In this document: positions 13,834-28,014 of the stretch, one piece after another
How positions within the stretch are numbered: position 1 is the first letter of the stretch
How the letters are laid out: every line of letters begins with the position of its first letter
Origin: Octopus vulgaris
Taxonomy: Eukaryota
Length of the DNA: 64,000 bases
Assembly: GCA_951406725.2 (NCBI GenBank)
Contig: OX597831.1
Location: forward strand, 74,710,001-74,774,000
Reading direction: 5' to 3'
Translations under genes and position numbers: made by a program
Notes under the pieces: generated by a model
Databases searched by the model: none
What the model saw: only the letters and a program-made list of their open reading frames with translations
Told to the model about the DNA's origin: nothing

Positions 13834-14629
13834 TGTACTTATTCATTTATATATATATATATAATATACGTACATACATACATATACAGGTGTGTGTGTG
13901 TATGTGTATATGTGTGTGCGTGTTAGTATGTAAATATAGGTTTTCATGAACAGACAATGTTTCTGCCTGTATGTGGGTATATATATATATGTGTGTGTGG
14001 GTACACACAGAAACCTATACATACACACACACACACACACACATACACGACCAAACATACACACACACAACCACGCACACATACACGACCAAACACACAC
14101 GCACACACACACAACCACGCACACACACACACATCACCTTCTGATGTTTATCAAACACAAGTTGAGCTCTAAGTAGTTTTTCAGTATTTCCCCCCCCCTC
14201 CTGTCTAGACTCAAGGTCAAAATTCCATTGTTTTCCTCTCTTTTTTTCTGTTCTTTTACATATTTTTCTCTTTGTAAATTCTCTCTGTTTTGTTGTCTAA
14301 TTAAAATAGATTTATTATTATCATTTCCTCCGGCTCTTCAATTTCCGAGTTCAAATCCTGCTGATGTGACCTTTGCCCTATCATTCCTTTCAGGGTCGAT
14401 GAAAGAAAGTACAAGTCTTAAAATAAAGTACCAAATAACACAACGTAGTGTAAGATGAAGTACGTTACGTACAATACCATAAAACAGAGTACTCGAATCG
14501 ATGGCATCAACTAACCATTTCTGGCAAAATAATTGGTATTACTTCAAAATTTGACACCATTATTATTAAGAAGAAACAGTTATTATTATTACTATTGGCT
14601 CAGTATCATTGTTATTATTATTATCATTG

Positions 14630-14709
<80 letters not shown>

Positions 14710-14886
14710 TTTTTTTTTCTTCTTCTTTCAAATTTGCTTCTATTTCTTACCGGGTGTCTTCCCGACTCCTAGGGCAAAGAAACTCATAGTATACATTGGT
14801 AGGCCATTAAACTAAACTCAATAGTTCGTTCATTTTTTTTTTCATTTTTTTAAAGTTAAATTAAAATACATGGGTAGTAATAGTTC

Positions 14887-14987
<101 letters not shown>

Positions 14988-14990
14988 CAT

Positions 14991-15031
<41 letters not shown>

Positions 15032-15036
15032 TCAAC

Positions 15037-15361
15037 GCGCCGAGCTGGCAGAAACGTTAGCACGCCGGGCGAAATGCGTAGCCGTGTTTCGTCTGCCGTT
15101 GCGTTCTGAGTTCAAATTCCGCCGAGGTCGACTTTGCCTTTCATTCTTTCGGGGTCGATTAAATAAGTACCAGTTACGCACTGGGGTCGATATAATCGAC
15201 TTAATCCGTTTGTCTGTCCTTGTTTGTCCCCTCTGTGTTTAGTCGACTTTGCTTTTCATCCTTTCGGGGTCCATAAATTAAATACCAGTTGCGTACTGGG
15301 GTCGATGTAATCGACTTAATCCCTTTCCCCAAATTTGAGATCTTGTGCTTCCAGTAGAAAG
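15037..15361 (+). mobile_element. SINE family B with duplicated 3' block
   Basis: gagctggcagaaacgttagc...gagttcaaattcc...; gtcgactttgc..ttcat..tttcggggtc occurs twice, each followed by a different tail. Confidence 0.85.
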
Positions 15362-15366
15362 GATTA

Positions 15367-15424
<58 letters not shown>

Positions 15425-15453
15425 CATCATCATCATCATCATCATTATCATCA

Positions 15454-15511
<58 letters not shown>

Positions 15512-15528
15512 CATCATTATCATCATCA

Positions 15529-15565
<37 letters not shown>

Positions 15566-15594
15566 CATCATCATCATCATTATCATTATCATCA

Positions 15595-15658
<64 letters not shown>

Positions 15659-15666
15659 CATCATCA

Positions 15667-15729
<63 letters not shown>

Positions 15730-15749
15730 GCATCATTATCATCATCATC

Positions 15750-15817
<68 letters not shown>

Positions 15818-15827
15818 TATTATTATT
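15362..15827. repeat. (ATT)n/(ATC)n microsatellite
   Basis: direct inspection. Confidence 0.95.
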
Positions 15828-16610
15828 GCCCTTGCACAGCTTCTAACGCTGGAGATGTACTACAGTGTCAGCTGTTCTCTACCAGTGAACTAAGGTAACA
15901 CTTCTTATTTTTCAAGCACCTTCCGGAGTATACGAGGGTTCCAAGCGGTGCTGTTTTCTGCAAGTGCTCCGCCCTTATTGTAGCCCCGATTTGTTCCACG
16001 TACTTTTTTTTTTGCTCACTGTTCCCAGGGCTCCGACAATTATTGGTACTACTGCTACCTTTTTTTATCGACCACAACTGCTTAACTTCCCAAGCTAACC
16101 TGTCATATCTCTCGACTTTTCTTTCTTCCTTGTTGTCAGCTAGGTATGCTATATCTATGATCCAGCATAGTATGTTTTCTTTCTCGATTAAGACAATGTC
16201 CGGCTTCCTAATCTATCTCCTGGTCGCACTGAATTATAAAATCCCATAGGATCTTTGCATTTCTATTTTCGACAATGCCTTCAGGTTTGTCGTCGTACCA
16301 ATTTTCGCTCTGTCAAGTCCATACTTGTTGCAAAGTGTCCAATGGACAAGCCTGGCTATATTGTTCTGGCGTCTCTTATATTTCTTGTGGGCTAATGGTG
16401 TCTATGGGCTGGTAATACGCCATATAGTTTCACCGTTTTCTGTGTTGTCTATTCTGTATTTTATGTAGTTTGTTCTTAGTGTTTGCTCTTGGGGCAGCAC
16501 AGATTAGAGCCTCCGTTTCCGGTTTTAAATCACTTTTAGTCATCCACGGCCATCTTATTTCTCTGTCTGTCTTATCTCCAACATCCCTATGAAATTGATC
16601 ATGCAATTCT
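15828..16610 (-). mobile_element. 3' fragment of an R4/Dong-like non-LTR retrotransposon with restriction-like endonuclease
   Basis: minus-strand frames give SDLKPETEALICAA, YKRRQNNIARLVHWTLCNKYGL, KILWDFIIQCD, KPDIVLIEKEN, WIIDIA, VERYDRLAWEVKQLW, VPIIVGALGTV, LQKTAPLGT; 3' end abuts (TAA)n. Confidence 0.85.
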
Positions 16611-16623
16611 TTTCTTTACATAC

Positions 16624-16669
<46 letters not shown>

Positions 16670-16744
16670 TAAAATAATACATCTGTTTGTTGTTTACACA
16701 CCCGTCTTCGTCTTTTGTCTTTTCGTAAATTCTCACTATATATA

Positions 16745-16897
16745 TACGACGGGCATCTTTCAGTTTCCATCTACCAAATCCTTTCTCAAGGCCCGAGGCT
16801 ATAGTAAAAGACACTTGCCCACGGTGCCACGCAGTGGGACTGAGCCCGGAATCATGTTGTTGGGAAGCAAGCTTCCTACCACACAGCCACGCCGGCG
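16745..16897 (-). mobile_element. SINE family A, 5' half
   Basis: acgacgggc..ctttcagtttcc...cacttgccc...ccacacagccacgccggcgc. Confidence 0.8.
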
Positions 16898-17206
16898 CTC
16901 TTCTTGGTAGACTGAGAAAGAAAAAGAAATGAACTTTTCTTGGACCTTCACCCCCTTTAACAGGATGGACTCTATTTTGGTGCAACTAATTTAAACAACA
17001 CAAAGGTAGGGTAAAAGAATGCGCATAGTTTTGGCCGGATTCAGTGTTCAAAGTTCATAGAACCGGTTTCGTGTTCTACGAGGGCCTGTACAATTAAAAG
17101 GACAGTAAGTGAGCAAGAAGATAAAATTGATGATGACGATGGTGATAATGATGATGTCGACAATGATGGTAATGATTATCATCTTCGTCGCCATTATCGT
17201 CGTTGC

Positions 17207-17219
17207 CAACATCATCATC

Positions 17220-17251
<32 letters not shown>

Positions 17252-17303
17252 CCTCATCATCATCACCATCATCATCATCATCAAGACCACCATCATCATC
17301 ATC

Positions 17304-17353
<50 letters not shown>

Positions 17354-17407
17354 CATCATCATCACCATCATCATCAAGACCACATCATCATCATCATCAT
17401 CATCACC

Positions 17408-17493
<86 letters not shown>

Positions 17494-17578
17494 CACCATC
17501 ATCATCATCAAGACCACCATCATCACCATCATCATCATCATCATCATCATCACCACCATCATCATCATCAAGACCACC

Positions 17579-17624
<46 letters not shown>

Positions 17625-17647
17625 CCATCATCATCATGAAGACCACC

Positions 17648-17714
<67 letters not shown>

Positions 17715-17734
17715 CCATCATCATCACCATCATC

Positions 17735-17795
<61 letters not shown>

Positions 17796-17818
17796 CCACC
17801 ACCACCACCACCACCACT

Positions 17819-17852
<34 letters not shown>

Positions 17853-17970
17853 CCACCATCATCATCACCACCATCATCATCATCATCATCATCACCATCA
17901 CCATCATCATCATCATCATCATCATCACCATCACCATCATCATCATCATCATCATCATCACCAGCACAAC

Positions 17971-18001
<31 letters not shown>

Positions 18002-18026
18002 GTCGTCGTCGTCGTCGTCGTCGTCA
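17207..18026. repeat. Long (CAT)n/(CAC)n microsatellite
   Basis: direct inspection; source of the poly-D/H/S/M pseudo-ORFs. Confidence 0.95.
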
Positions 18027-18344
18027 TGTACGAGGAACGACAGTAGAGGAAACGGTCCCGCAGTTTTTTCAAGCACATGTTCTCTTTCGCAGTATATGTG
18101 TGTGTACGTGTGTGTAAGCGCGCGTGTGTGTGTGTGCGTGTGTACGCATGTCCGTTTGTGCGAATGTATGCGTGTACGTATGTATATGATACGTGTGTGA
18201 CATGTTTGTAGTCACAACTACATACTTATATAAAGATATATTCACAAATGAGTCTACAAATGAGATCCAGAGCTGTGGCGCGGCTCAAATGAGTTGAACT
18301 CACACTACGAAATCTTTACCGGAGACCAAGTCCCAGGGCTAAAG

Positions 18345-18408
<64 letters not shown>

Positions 18409-18807
18409 AAGAGGATAAGACCATTATTTAAAATAACGATCATATCAAGTGGCCAGCAAGGAAAAAAACAACCTTTTAGCTAATAATTATTATAGAAATC
18501 TAATAGAGTAATTAAAATTATAATTAAGGGTACCGAAGAGATACCATCATGTTATCTCTGGAATGGTGGTATCTCTTTGTAACATTATATATATATATAT
18601 ATGTATACACACACACACACACACACACACACAGGTATATTTATTTCTAAATCTCTCTAACGGAGACTACGGTAGCAGTACGGGGTATTAATATTTATCG
18701 CCAAGCTAACATGGCCGTCCAGGAAAATAGGTTTGTGTGTCACACATAGCTGGCCAGAGGCGATGGCCTCTTGGAGCTAATCAACGGCAGCACTCTTCCT
18801 ATTTTTC

Positions 18808-19240
18808 GTGCGGCTGCGTGGTAAGTAGCTTCCTTACCAACCACATGGTTCTGGGTTCAGTCCCACTGCGTAACATCTTGGGCAAGTGTCTTCTAGCATA
18901 GGCTCGGGACAACTAAAGTCTTGTGAGTGAATTTGGAAGGCGGGAACTGAAAGACGCTCATCGTATATATGTATATATATGTGTGTGTGTGTATGTGTGA
19001 GTGTGTGTATGTGTTTCTGTTGTGTGTGTGTATGTTTGTGTGTCTGTGTTTGTCCCCCAGCCATCACATGACAACCGATACTGGTGAGTTTACGTCCCCT
19101 AACTTAGCAGTTCGGCGCAAGCGACCGATGGAATAAGTACTAGGTTTACAAACGATTTGTTCGTTCGACTAAAGGTGGTGCTCCAGCATGGCTGCAGTCA
19201 CATGACTGAAGCAAGTAAAATAATAAAAGAATAAAAGAAT
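18808..19240 (+). mobile_element. SINE family A, diverged copy
   Basis: ggctgcgtggtaagtagctt...gcatggctgcagtcacatgactgaagcaagtaaaa. Confidence 0.85.
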
Positions 19241-19358
19241 ATATATAGGTATATATACATTTGTGAATACACACATGCATACGCATACGAACATACACAC
19301 ACACTTATATATGACATCTGTATATATGTCATATATATATATATACATATATATATAC

Positions 19359-19507
<149 letters not shown>

Positions 19508-19646
19508 GATACATATATATGTATATAAATGTGTGTGTGTGTACACATACTCACATGTATGTAGGTGTATATGACATACATATAATATGTTATGGTTCAG
19601 ATATACACACACACACACATATATACGAGTATTCATTTACATTTAC

Positions 19647-19695
<49 letters not shown>

Positions 19696-19755
19696 TATTC
19701 GCGCGCGCGTACATGAATACATACATACAGACACGCACACAAATATATATGTATA

Positions 19756-19813
<58 letters not shown>

Positions 19814-20051
19814 TATTTGTGTGTATGTCTGTATATATGTATTTATGTACGCACGCGCGGACGCATACATACACATGCACACACACACACATACACACAC
19901 ATATACACACGCGCACACACATACACACTTGTCTATATATATATATATATATATATATCACTTCGATCACACATTTATCCGTATTTTAGTTGAGGTGAGA
20001 GTTTGTGTTAAAGGTTGGGGCAGGAGAGGGAGAGAGGGTGCGTGCCTGTCT

Positions 20052-20104
<53 letters not shown>

Positions 20105-20874
20105 GTAGTGAGGTGAAGGGGGCACAAGAAAGAGGGAGCGGGTGAGAGGGAGGGAGGTGGGGGTCGGTATATCAGTATTCCAGACAGTTCTTTTAACTTT
20201 ACACAACAACAATCACCTCTTAATTACTGCTAATTAATATCTATTGTATCGATCTTGCAGTATCGATATTATAAATAACAGGGCCACCACCAACACCACC
20301 ACCGCAAAACCGCCACCACCACCGCTTCCACTACCGCCGCCATTAACGCCACTCCTGACACCCTCACCATCGACACCCACCACCGCCACCACCACTGCAA
20401 CCACCACAACAACCACAACCACAACTACTGCCGCTACCACCACCTCTGATTTTACCGCCACCACTACCACCACTTCCACCACCAACAACAACAACAACAA
20501 CCACAACAACACAGCCGTCATTGTTGCCGCTACCAACATCGCGGCTAATACCACAAAACACAGCTACTTCCATTACTAGAAATAGCAACCAAACAACCAC
20601 ATTCCGTTTTTTCTTTCTTTCTTTTTTAGTCACACTTTTACTATCTTTAGAAAATGTCGGTCACGTTCGATCATATGGGTTTAGATACCACTGATTTCAC
20701 TATAGAATGTGATGGTCGTGACTGGAACGACTTTTGTGTGAGAGTGATTGAGTGCCTTGTACCCTCGGGTAGAATTAACATTATATATAGTGTAGGTGGT
20801 TCATTAAATCTGTTGAAAACCCATATATACAAACATATATACAGGGTGGCCCAGAAATCACTGAGCGGTTTTAA

Positions 20875-21242
20875 TCTTTATATATAAAAGAGAAGTTGTG
20901 TGTCTGTCTCCTACGATTTAGATTCCTAACTACTCCCACATTTTGCGGTGCAGTTTATAGTCGTGATTCATATCGAGCCCTTCTGAGTATTAGCGCGCGT
21001 CTACGATTTAAAAAAAAATTTACCATCATTTTTTTCCATTTTAATGCATTTTTCCCCTATTATATAAGGGAAGTAACTCTCTAAAAATGTCTACAATGAG
21101 TCAATGATTTTTAAAAAAATTACCATCATTTTTTTCCATTTTAATGCATTTTTTTTTTGCTATTTTTTGGCTATAACTCTCTAAAAATGCTTATGTAGTT
21201 TTTTCCCTTACAAACCCGAGCAACACCGGGCGATACTGCTAG
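20875..21242 (+). mobile_element. Non-autonomous Helitron
   Basis: A|TC 5' end, subterminal hairpin cccgagcaacaccggg, CTAG|T 3' end, no TSD; second copy at 47084-47400. Confidence 0.85.
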
Positions 21243-21734
21243 TTTTTAATAAATTGCTTATTTTTACAAATAGGTGTATGAAATTTTAATTCAACATAGA
21301 GGAGATAATGGAGATTATCTTGCATTAGTCCTTATTTTTATCATACCTCCGTATTACGTATGAAAAACGACATCTTTTAAATGGCGTCCATTTTCATTTT
21401 CACATCTTATGAGGTGTAATTCTCTATGGTCACGTGCTCTCGGATTCTCCTCCGTTGAGGAACCCATTCAAATGTAAGTGAGCTTCATCAGACATGATAA
21501 ATTTTTGTATAAAATTTGGGGCCATTTCGAGCCAATTCCTGGATTCTGACAGAGTATTGGAGCCTGTGCTCATAGTCCTGGGGCTTCGACTATTGAACCA
21601 ACTGTACCTTATATGGAGAAAGGGTAAGATTGCAGAGCACTCTTCGCAACGAAGTTTGTGAAATCCCAGGCTTTCTAAATCTTCATACATTTGGGTAAAT
21701 TCGGAAGAAGAAAGAGGAGGTGCAGGAGGAGGAG

Positions 21735-21735
21735 G

Positions 21736-21807
<72 letters not shown>

Positions 21808-22240
21808 AAGAAGAAGAAGAAGAAGAAGGAGAAGAAGAAGAAGAAGAAGAAGAAGAAGAAGAAGAAGAAGAAGGAGGAGGAGAAGAAGAAGAAGAAGGAG
21901 GAGAAGAAGTAGAAAAAGAAGAAGAAGAAGAAGAAGAAGGAGAAAGAGAAGAAGAAGAAGAAGAAGAAGAAGAAGAAGAAGGAGGAGAAGAAGAAGAAGA
22001 AGAAGAAGAAGAAGAAGAAAAAGAAGGAGAAGAAGGAGAAAAAGAAGAAGAAGAAGAAGAAGAAGAAGAAGAAGGAGAAGAAGGAGAAGAAGAAGGAGAA
22101 GAAGAAGGAGGAGAAGAAGTAGAAAAAGAAGAAGAAGAAGAAGAAGAAGAAGGAGAAAGAGAAGAAGAAGAAGAAGAAGAAGAAGGAGAAGAAGGAGAAG
22201 AAGGAGAAGAAGGAGACGAAGGAGAAGAAGAAGAAGAAAG
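21735..22240. repeat. (AAT)n followed by a ~460-bp (GAA/GGA)n purine tract
   Basis: direct inspection. Confidence 0.95.
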
Positions 22241-22691
22241 AATATGTGGTGAGGAAAAGACAAAACCGATGACTATTATTTTTTCCAGTTTCTCCAAGTA
22301 TGGAAGACCAATATCGTTACGATCTAAAGGGTAACCTAAAGCTATTTGTTTTAACTGTATTCGTTATGAATTTGCAAAATATTTAGTTTCAGACGTTCGT
22401 CGGGATTCCAAAGTGAATTTGAACTTTGTTGGTTTTTAAATATTAATTCCACTTCGACATTTTGGATGTATTTGTTTGGATTCCTTCTCCGAAACCCCTC
22501 CAGGTGATGGAGAAAAATCGTCTCTATCAGAAACGTATTGGTGGAACAGAAAAACGATGGCAACGTTTAGAGTCGAGTTTTATAAGGTTTCCATACTGAA
22601 ATGATAGATTCAAGGAAGAAATTATATAATTGTAATAATAATAATAATGATAATAATGATAATAATAATAATGATGATAATAATAATAATG

Positions 22692-22799
<108 letters not shown>

Positions 22800-22865
22800 T
22801 GATGATGATGATGATATATACTTACACAATTATATGTGTGCATGTATGTATATATATAGTTAGAG

Positions 22866-22904
<39 letters not shown>

Positions 22905-22961
22905 CATACATACACTTTAGGTATACATATATGTGTATGCATATATATGCATACAGATATT

Positions 22962-23016
<55 letters not shown>

Positions 23017-23150
23017 TTACACACACATACATATATACGTACATACATACTTACACGTATATATATGTGTGTGTGTATTCACATATATATACATATACAT
23101 ATTTATATGTATATATATATACATATACATATATATATATATGCATGTAT

Positions 23151-23183
<33 letters not shown>

Positions 23184-23189
23184 CATACA

Positions 23190-23231
<42 letters not shown>

Positions 23232-23692
23232 AGAGGGAGAGTGAGAATTACACTTATTGCGGCGTCGAATAGTCGAGTAGCGTGTGATGTTGAATATTGG
23301 TCAGTGTATCTCGAATTTATTCCGACTCTCTACTCTCAAGGTTCAAATCTCACCGAGGTCAACATTACCATTTTTTTTTCAGGATCGATAAACAAAATAC
23401 CAGTTTAGGAATTATTAGACCGTCGGACAAAATGTCTTAAGCCACCTATTTCAGCTTCGTACATGCCAAGTTCAAATCCCACCTCTTGTCTCCTGAGAAG
23501 AAAAACAAGATTTTTTTTTTACTCCTTCGGGACCCGAGAAAAAGTAATTGATAGGACTGTGAAATCTTTAATGAATCGGGCAAGTATACCATCGTGCCAC
23601 TTTGATAGTAGTATACCAGCTGACAGGTAAGAGCACCAGCGTTCTTTTAAGTCTTGTGCTCTCACTAGTATCAATACGATATTCTTCTATAT

Positions 23693-24006
23693 CACTGGTT
23701 CTCAACTATTTTATCCTGGAGGGCCTCCATAGACGTTCGATGTTTAAAATCTCATTTTATAGATACGCCATTTTAAATTCCTATTTTGTTTCCCACACAT
23801 TCACTGATGTAGTTTGAACTAAGAAAAATATTTGAGACATGAACTTAACGGTTCCTTGCAATAGATACATCTAAATCAAAATTTTTTCAATAAACCCTTG
23901 AAATAATACTGTGGACCCCTAATTTACTATTTTGCTTATGTGAATTCCCCAAAAATCTTATATAAGGACTCTCAGGTATCATATGGATCCAGGTTGAGAA
24001 TCACTG
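23693..24006. mobile_element. hAT-type MITE
   Basis: TIRs cactggttctcaac / gttgagaatcactg; 8-bp TSD ttctatat / ttatatat (7 of 8). Confidence 0.75.
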
Positions 24007-24168
24007 TTATATATATATATAATACAAATAAGAAAATGGAGGAAGTGAGAGAGTCCGGAAGTGAACACTTAAATTCATATTTAATGTAGGATAAAATTTT
24101 TTTCGAAAGAAAGAAATTTTATCAATAGCCAGCATATTAAAAAATACCTTTAACGGTTAAAATTATAA

Positions 24169-24663
24169 ACAACTTATAAATAAGGGCAAACGAAAAAATT
24201 TCTAATGCCAAATATGCCGAAAAATTGGACATATTCTCCATTACCATATAATTTTTCACAATACGCACGCTACTCGAAAAAAAGCCGACAGAAATGTCTA
24301 AACTCTCACTCTGTGAGAATCTCAGTTCAAATCGCACGTTTCTTGAACGGGCTGGAGTATTTCTATTTTGGATGTATTTGGGGTACTTAATTGTGCTCAT
24401 GACTTAGTGTTTGGTTCTTCCATGGGTATGAGTAAGTATCTCATTTATTTCTTTGCCACATTTATCACTGACGAAGGGAGGGTTCTTACGAACTAACCCT
24501 GAAATCGGTCTGATATGGTAACAATGGAACTTTTTAGAAATTTCTGTCGGCTTTTTTTCGAGTAGCGTGCGTATTGTGAAAAATTATATGGTAATGGACA
24601 ATATGTCCAATTTTTCGGCATATTTGGCATTAGAAATTTTTTCGTTTGCCCTTATTTATAAGT

Positions 24664-24666
<3 letters not shown>
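24169..24666. repeat. 134-bp near-perfect inverted repeat (24169-24302 / 24533-24666) enclosing a hammerhead
   Basis: arms are reverse complements with 2 mismatches seen by eye; right arm ends at a (TA)n tract. Confidence 0.9.
24463..24515 (+). ncRNA. Type I hammerhead ribozyme motif, canonical core
   Basis: tatca-CTGACGA-aggg..gttc(ttac)gaac..ccct-GAAA-tcgg-TC-tgata. Confidence 0.8.
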
Positions 24667-24759
<93 letters not shown>

Positions 24760-24793
24760 CATACATACATACATACATACATACATACATACA

Positions 24794-24826
<33 letters not shown>

Positions 24827-24834
24827 CATCATTG

Positions 24835-25060
24835 TCATCATCGTCATCATTTAATGTCTGTATTCCGTGTTTACACGAATTTGATAGTTCGAGAGGAGCC
24901 GTCTAGGCTGAGGGCTTTGTTGGTCCCCAGTCTTCTGCTTTGGCAAGGTTTCTATAGCTGGATGCCCTTCTTAACCCTAACCACTTTACAGAGTGTACTG
25001 AGTGAATTTTTCATGGCACCAGCACTAGCGAGGTCACCAAGTAACTTGTAAGCAAAGCCC
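24835..25060 (-). mobile_element. Degenerate SINE/LINE-tail-like repeat ending in (GAT)n
   Basis: ggtttctatagctggatgcccttcttaacc..aacc motif and catcatttaatgtc terminus resemble widespread RTE-associated repeats; single copy here. Confidence 0.45.
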
Positions 25061-25329
25061 CTTGACTGAATGGTGGTGGTGGTGGTGGTGGTGGTGGTGT
25101 ATTGAATGAGGTGGTTTCGTGCCGTGTGTTGAGAAGTTGAAGTATTGTAGAGGGAGAGAAACAGGTGTCTTGCGGTAGAGGTGATACACGGCTACTCCAG
25201 CTGGAAAGGGGGAGAGAATGATGGAGAAGAGGCGTTAGAACATACCCTCATGTTACCAGAAAGGGTTTAAAGAAAGAATAGACACTGAGAATCGAGGATC
25301 TGAATGGGTAGGTTTCCTTCTTGGCCAGT

Positions 25330-26000
25330 AGGAACCTATTCGTAAACTACGAGTCAGCCCTGCCCACCAGGGTCAAAGCCGCATAATGAAATCACACGCC
25401 TAAGAGACAGATGCTGCCAAACAGTTGACAAAGCTATCCACACCAAGCAGTTCCTCAAGAACTTAGCACAGAACGGCCATCCATCATCTGTAGCCAAGCA
25501 ACTGCGTCTACAAAACGGGAAAGTGGGTAAGCCACATAAGAACGCCCATAATCACAAGTCGAAAAAGAGCTTCCTTAAATTGCCCTTCTTCGACGACAGA
25601 TCAACTGCAGCTATACAACATGTGATCCGCAGGGAGGGACTCAATATACAGATGGTGCACACTGGTCTATCCCCGAGGAAAATTCTATCGAGGAATAATG
25701 CCAAAGAAACCGATTGCCCCATCTGTGATATGCGGAGTCTGCAGTAAATGTGGGACATTGCTACACAGGGGGCACCACCAGGAAGTTGTACATCCGTATA
25801 AAATAACATGTGCACACGGACACTTCAATAAAGAAACATCTCAAGAAATGCCAAGCCTTGGATTTTGAGTTGTCCATCAGGGCAACACAACACAACGCAA
25901 CAGGGGCAAACTCAGAATAATTAGGGGCCTTCCTTCTTGACAGATTGAGACCAGCCATTAATAACAGGAAGGAACTACATGAAGCAAACTAGCTGTTATA
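25330..26000 (+). pseudogene. Penelope-like element fragment (RT thumb/linker to GIY-YIG C-terminus)
   Basis: NYESALPTRVK, NEITRLRDRC, KQFLKNLAQNGHP, FLKLPFFDD, DCPICD, HLKKC, LRPAINNRKEL across frames. Confidence 0.7.
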
Positions 26001-26245
26001 GCAACACCAATCTGCGCATGTCACCTGCTCTCCTTTTCATTCTTCCCCCTTCCTCATTCCCCACCCACACATCTGAGCAATGACTTTTCCAACAATCGCT
26101 TTTTCGCGATGTCCAGAAGAAGACGTCTTCGACCCCAAAAATATAGAAGTACAAGGGACAACAGTGACTTCGTTTCGTTTTCTTTTCCTTGTCCTTTCGT
26201 AGTTTACTTTCTACCTTTGTACATTGATAATTTACTCGCATTGAT

Positions 26246-26726
<481 letters not shown>

Positions 26727-27367
26727 CTTTCTGTTAGAGGATGTCATCTAAATACCTGTGTTCTTGTTTTAATGCGTGCCTGAGCCAGGGTAAACTGTGT
26801 ATGTCAGTGCAAATGTAAAAACAAGTATTTGTACGGGCATCTATGTGTGCATGAGTGTATATATCTGTGTGTGTGTGTTTCATCTAAACAACATCTCGCA
26901 AAACAACTCTATTGTTTAAACACACACACACACACACACAAAATTATTCTTCAGCATCTCGTGTAATTTAGAGAAACTCTCTCCTCCGCTCCCGCTCTTC
27001 TCGCTCCCTACTCAGAGCCTAAAGTCTTTTCAGTACGTTTGTAAAGGTGGAGAAGAACGTCCCCCCTTCTCGCCCCCTCGAGTGATTTGCACCAAAAATC
27101 AGCGCTGGATTTACAAACTCCTTGATTTCCAAAGTTTTGTTGTTATGTGCGTATAACTCAGAAACAGCAGATAACCATTTAAATTCTTCAACATTTTCGT
27201 CAAAAGAAAAATATTTCTTGCTCTAAGGTTTTTCAAGAAGACATTCAAAAATTCATTTTGCTAAACAACTTATTTTCAACATTTGAAAAAAAAAGATTGG
27301 TGGAGAGAATTAAAAAAAAAAAGAATGAAAAATTTACTTAGAACATTACAAAAAAAAAAGCAATTAA

Positions 27368-27430
<63 letters not shown>

Positions 27431-27504
27431 AAAAAATGATCATGACGATGACGATGAGAATGTTGATGATGATGATGATGATGATGATGACGATACTAAT
27501 AATG

Positions 27505-27568
<64 letters not shown>

Positions 27569-27576
27569 TGATAATG

Positions 27577-27636
<60 letters not shown>

Positions 27637-27821
27637 GTAATAGTAATAATGATAATAATGTAGATGACGATGATGATAATTAATGAAGCTACCCGGAATA
27701 AAAACAGGAATAACAATAACGATAATAATAAAGGTGACGGTGCTGCTGTTGCTGCTGCAGATGATGATGATGATGATGATGACCATGATGATGGCTTCTT
27801 TTATTGGCCACAAGGGCCAAG

Positions 27822-27934
<113 letters not shown>

Positions 27935-27968
27935 AATAATAATAATAATAATAATAATGATAATAATG

Positions 27969-28014
<46 letters not shown>

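Larger units (their letters stand above)
20842..22600 (-). mobile_element. Decayed Tc1/mariner element (DD41D/rosa-like), interrupted by a Helitron and microsatellites
   Basis: TA|cagggtggccca TIR; minus-strand motifs MSDEAHLHLNGF, ENGRHLKDV (C-terminus) and a lower-confidence N-terminal segment at 22351-22563. Confidence 0.7.

Noticed and set aside
17048-18117. Poly-Asp/His/Ser/Met ORFs
   Set aside because: (CAT)n microsatellite lacking stops in multiple frames
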